Origin: Saccostrea echinata
Lineage: Eukaryota
Assembly: GCF_033153115.1 (NCBI RefSeq)
Contig: NW_026889771.1
Location: forward strand, 4,464,001 to 4,528,000
Direction: 5' to 3'
Length of the DNA stretch: 64,000 nucleotides
Shown: positions 59,749 through 64,000 of the stretch, piece after piece
How the letters are laid out: each line of letters starts with the position of its first letter
Position numbering within the stretch: position 1 is the stretch's first letter
The notes under the pieces: model-generated
What the model saw: only the letters and a program-made list of their open reading frames with translations
The model's database searches: none
Told to the model about the DNA's origin: nothing
Position numbers and translations under genes: made by a program

Positions 59749-62700
59749 TTAGAGCTCTATGGGCCACAACGCTCACCTGAATAACCTTGACCCTGCTGTT
59801 TCTTCTTAAAATTTTTCCTTCTTTTCTCCCATGAAAAATGTTATTTTTGTCCCATTTTCATTCATCTATTATTCACAAGTCAACATGACTATTAAAAACT
59901 ATAAAATTAAAAAGTATACCTTTTATATTATATATTACAAATTCTCGTATAATCCCTTTATTCAATTTACCTATCAATTACATTGATTAATTATCATTAG
60001 TGAATTACAAAGGGGAATAACTTCACTTAAAGCAGAGTAAATATTTCTAAATATTTAATAATAGATGCCACCCTAACCCCAGAACCCCTGTCTCAAGGGC
60101 CATGAATGTCCCCAGTTTGGAAGAAGCATTCTTTCTCATCATAACAATTAAATGTTTATCTACTAAATACTCAAGAGAATTCAGATATGATCATTATAAG
60201 CTCTGCTTTAACGTAGTATGATGTTTAAAGTATCTCTTATGACATATGATTTCATCATTGAAAGATGAAATATTTTATAGACCTAAGATTTTTAAAAATA
60301 TTTTTCAGGAAAAATATAAAAATTGCTTTGGTTGCAAATAAGACGTCGGAGATTTTTTTTTGGCCATTAATTAATGCAAAGCATAAAAATCTAATATAAC
60401 ATGTCAGAGAGAGTCAGATTGAAACTTTTGTTTTGTTGATTTTTGAATTAAAAAAGATATTCATGAATTAAACAAAAGCATAAATTATCAATATACACAT
60501 GTACTCTGTATATATTTTATTAAATCTTTGGATGAAATCTTCAAAAACCGTTTTAAACATGAAGCAATGAAGAAAAGAAGAAACTGAAATTGAAAAAAAA
60601 AATAATAGAAAAATGACTCTCCTTGATGTGTTTTATTATATTTTAATGTTAAACGTTAACAAAAAGCAAACTTTCAGGTCTTCAGTGTCTTATAAGCAAC
60701 CAGAATTTTTTTCTTTTTTTCTCTGAAAAATCACAAAAAAGTCACACAAAAAAATCCATGTAAAATAATTCAGAGCTTAAATTGGTCTTTTATGAAGTCA
60801 TACAAGTATTTCAAAAGGGATAGTCTAATCATCCGTTAATTAAATGTTTTGTGTGTCATACCATCTGAAATCCAAAACCCTTGACTCTTAACCGGGTTCC
60901 ATGAATTTCACAATTTTGAAAGAGGCACCCTTTCTCATCATAACTATTCACTTAGTTTGTCTGCGTAATACACAGGAGCAGAGGAGATGTTCAAATTATT
61001 GCATTTTTTCTTTGGGTTGATTTGATTTGAACACGAGTTAGAATCTGCAGTCAGGTTTTTAAATAAAACAAGTATCTTTTGAAGAACAAGGTCTTTGAAG
61101 AACATTTAATAAGATGAGTTATTTTTGTCTCATTTTTAATAATCTATTATTCATAAGTCTATCTGATCATTTTCTTTTTCTATTAACCTTTCAAATACAT
61201 TATTTATAGTGATTAATTATCAAAGGTGAATGGCAAAGTGGAATAACTTCTATCAGTAGAATACAAATTAATAGAGTCCTGACCAGCACCAGAACACTTG
61301 ACCAAATGGTCTATAGAATATCAAATCTGTAAAAATATCCTTGCTTATTAAAACTTTTACTCTGATTTCGAGAAGCCCACTAACAGAGAAAATTTCAAAG
61401 AAATAATGCATTTTCACCAAAGATTCAACACAGTCCCACACAACTCCAAAAACCATGAAATTCACAAAATTAGAAGAGGTACTCTTGTTTATCATAACTA
61501 TGCACTTAATGGAAGATTTTGAATTAACACATTTTCACTATATTATCAGTAGACCCCCATCCCTCAAACCCCTGACCCTGTGACCAAAGTTTTAAAAATT
61601 TTGGGAGAAGCACCCTTGCTCATCATAACTATGCACTTTGTTTCTCTACTCAATACCCAGAAGCAAACTAGATTATTTAATAGAATTAGTGCATTTTTAC
61701 TATATCATCAATAGAGCCCCATCCTTCCACCAGAACATCTGACCCAGGAAACTGGAAGAAGCACCCTTGCTTATCATAACTTTACACTTAGTTTCTTTGC
61801 TTTATAACCAGGAGCAGAAAAGAATATTTTCAAAGGCATTATTCATTTTCACTATATAATGATTAAAGCCCCCTCCTCCCCCTCCCCCCTTCACCAGAAA
61901 ACCGACCCTTTGCCATGAATTTCACAATTTTGCATATCATAACCATGCACTTAGTTTGTTTACATAATACCCAAGAGCAGAGAGGAAGATTTTCAAAGAA
62001 TTAATGTATTTTCATAATATAATCAACAGAGCTCCATCCTAACACCAGAACCCTGACACAGGGGCCATAAAATTTACAATTTTGGAAGAGATCCCCTTGC
62101 TCATCATAACCATGCACTTAGTTTGTTAAGTAATACCCAGTAGCAGAGAAGATTTTCTAAGAAATAATGCACTTTACGATCTATATAGCCCCACTCTACC
62201 ACCGAAACCCCTGACTCTGGGGCCACAAATTTCACAATTTTAGAAGAGGAACTCTTGATATCATAACCATGCACTTAATTTATCTGCTGAATATCCAGGA
62301 GCTGACAAGAACATTTTCAAAGATAATGCATTTTCACTATATAATCAATAGAGCCCCATCCTAACACCAGAACCCCTGACCCAGGAGCCATGATTTTCAC
62401 AATTTTGGAAGAGGCACCCTTGTTCATCATAACTATATACTTGGTTTATTTCATAGACAGGGGGAGAGAAGAAGATTTTTTAAAGAATTTATGCATTTTC
62501 ACTATATGATCATTGGAGCCCCACCCAATCTCCAAAAACCCTGACCATGGGGCCAAAAATTTCACGATTTCATTAGAGGGCTTAATGCTTATTACAATTA
62601 TGCCAATAGTGAGACTGTTCAGTGTAAAGAGGAAGATTTTTAAAGATCATCACTAATTTTGATGGTTTTAGCCCCACCCCTAAGACCCAAGGGGGGCTGG

Positions 62701-63026
62701 GACCATGAAATTCATCATTTCTATTTCCCTTCACTCATAGGTGTTATGTGCCAAAAATGGGTGAAATTGGTTCAGCAGTTTGAGAGAAGAAGCTGAAAAT
62801 GTTCAAATGTTAATGCATGACGGACACTGCGACGGAAAACAACAGGCCCCAAGACCATAGACTGAGAACAGACTTAATTTTATTCAAAACTGCAAATTTT
62901 TAAGCAAAATCATTAAATGAAACTCAAGATATTAAACATCAAAATTTTGACTTAAACCTGTTCTCAGTTTATGATCATGGGGCCAGATAGCAATAGGTAC
63001 CCTGAGTGACTCAGGTGACCTAAAAA
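59749..63026 (-). mobile_element. Large Helentron/HINE with a satellite-like array of ~150-166-bp monomers (about 61400-62750)
   Basis: Ends AGAGCTCTATGGGCCACAACGCTCACCTGA and CCTGAGTGACTCAGGTGACCTAAAAA; motif CATAACYATGCACTTAG recurs near 61494, 61624, 61775, 61939, 62105, 62263, 62428. Confidence 0.85.
62846..62983. mobile_element. PIF/Harbinger MITE nested in the Helentron end
   Basis: GCCCCAAGACCATAGACTGAGAACAG / CTGTTCTCAGTTTATGATCATGGGGC, CAG TSD. Confidence 0.75.
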
Positions 63027-64000
63027 GACAGGGATTTTATAGGACATATCTATAGGCAATATATGGGCACTTGATGGCCTGACAGCATAATTAAGTCATG
63101 TTGTGTCATGCAGCTGATAATTATAATTCTTCTCTGCTCTTCTGATACCATGTATGTTACTTCTTTTTAACTACCAGAATTATCCAATAATTAAGAGTAA
63201 ATTAAACCAATAAATACCTCATTAACATTTTATTTTACAAATTTAATTTTATTCATGATATGATAACATGTACAACGATGAAAGGATGTTTAGTTTATAT
63301 AAGAAAAGTACAACACAAACACAAATCCCCTGCATAAAAGTTCCTATCATGTGTAATGCAGTGATTTGTGCTGCACATAAAAAGACACCATCCATCATGT
63401 AAAAAAGAGGACTAAAAAATTAATTTAATGCTACAAGTTTAAAAAAAAAAGAGGATAAATATTCACTTATTTAGATGTTTTTGGAAATATTAATCAAGAC
63501 ACTTCCAGCCCACGAAATTTACAATTTAAAAAAAAATATTTCTTGATGTAATTTATGGTAATCATTACCAAAGCAAAAAAGAAAGCATTTACCAAGAGAA
63601 ATATAACCTTCCAGTGCCTAAAATAAATTCTATAAATAAAACAAGGTATCCATTTTATATAGTACCACATACTGGATAAAAAATTAATTTAGTATCATAT
63701 ATTAATTTCCTTATGCATATATCATTCACCAAAGTATCAAGAAAGAAGAAATGTAACTAATTTTCTTACATGAGATTTTTAAACCTCTAAAGATACACAC
63801 ACAAGCATACTTGATAATGATTTCAACATTAAAAATTTTTCTGTTAATTTACTCGTTAGATCCATCTACATGTAAATCAATCATTCTCAATACTCTTAAT
63901 GATTGAAAGAAAAAGTATCCTGAAACTAACAGAATACAGATTTGTGATGATCTATTGACAAATTTGATCAGCATACTGCTGAGGCTAATGAGAGAAAGAA

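Noticed and set aside
60208-60868. Possible Kolobok-like insert within the large Helentron
   Set aside because: Termini and TSD are too degenerate to support a call.

Overview
AT-rich, intron-rich eukaryotic DNA, very probably from a bivalve (oyster-like), judged from Helentron/HINE-type elements with ~150-166 bp internal tandem repeats. Two N gaps (20864-21001, 29442-29620). Genes reconstructed by hand from splice sites: the 5' part of PRIM2 (- strand), head-to-head with a complete 15-exon LMBRD1 (+, 536 aa); a 6-exon signal-peptide / 2-Ig / probable GPI-anchored protein (-, 244 aa) with a decayed tandem paralog; a 26-exon GTF3C3 (+, 943 aa) with a 14-nt microexon and a 126-aa N-terminal extension; and a small single-pass membrane protein resembling KCNE/MinK potassium-channel accessory subunits (+). 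Introns and intergenic DNA carry many non-autonomous DNA transposons (Tc1/mariner, hAT, PIF/Harbinger, Kolobok-, AcademH-, IS3EU- and P-like, Helentron), several nested; these family labels rest on termini and target-site duplications only. Most notable: the KCNE-like gene, repeated tandem duplications of splice junctions, a foldback element built from palindromic 22-mers, two CAG-ended elements with 5-bp target-site duplications, and a roughly tenfold excess of TACATGTA that may be a transposon excision footprint. No prokaryotic-type systems are present.
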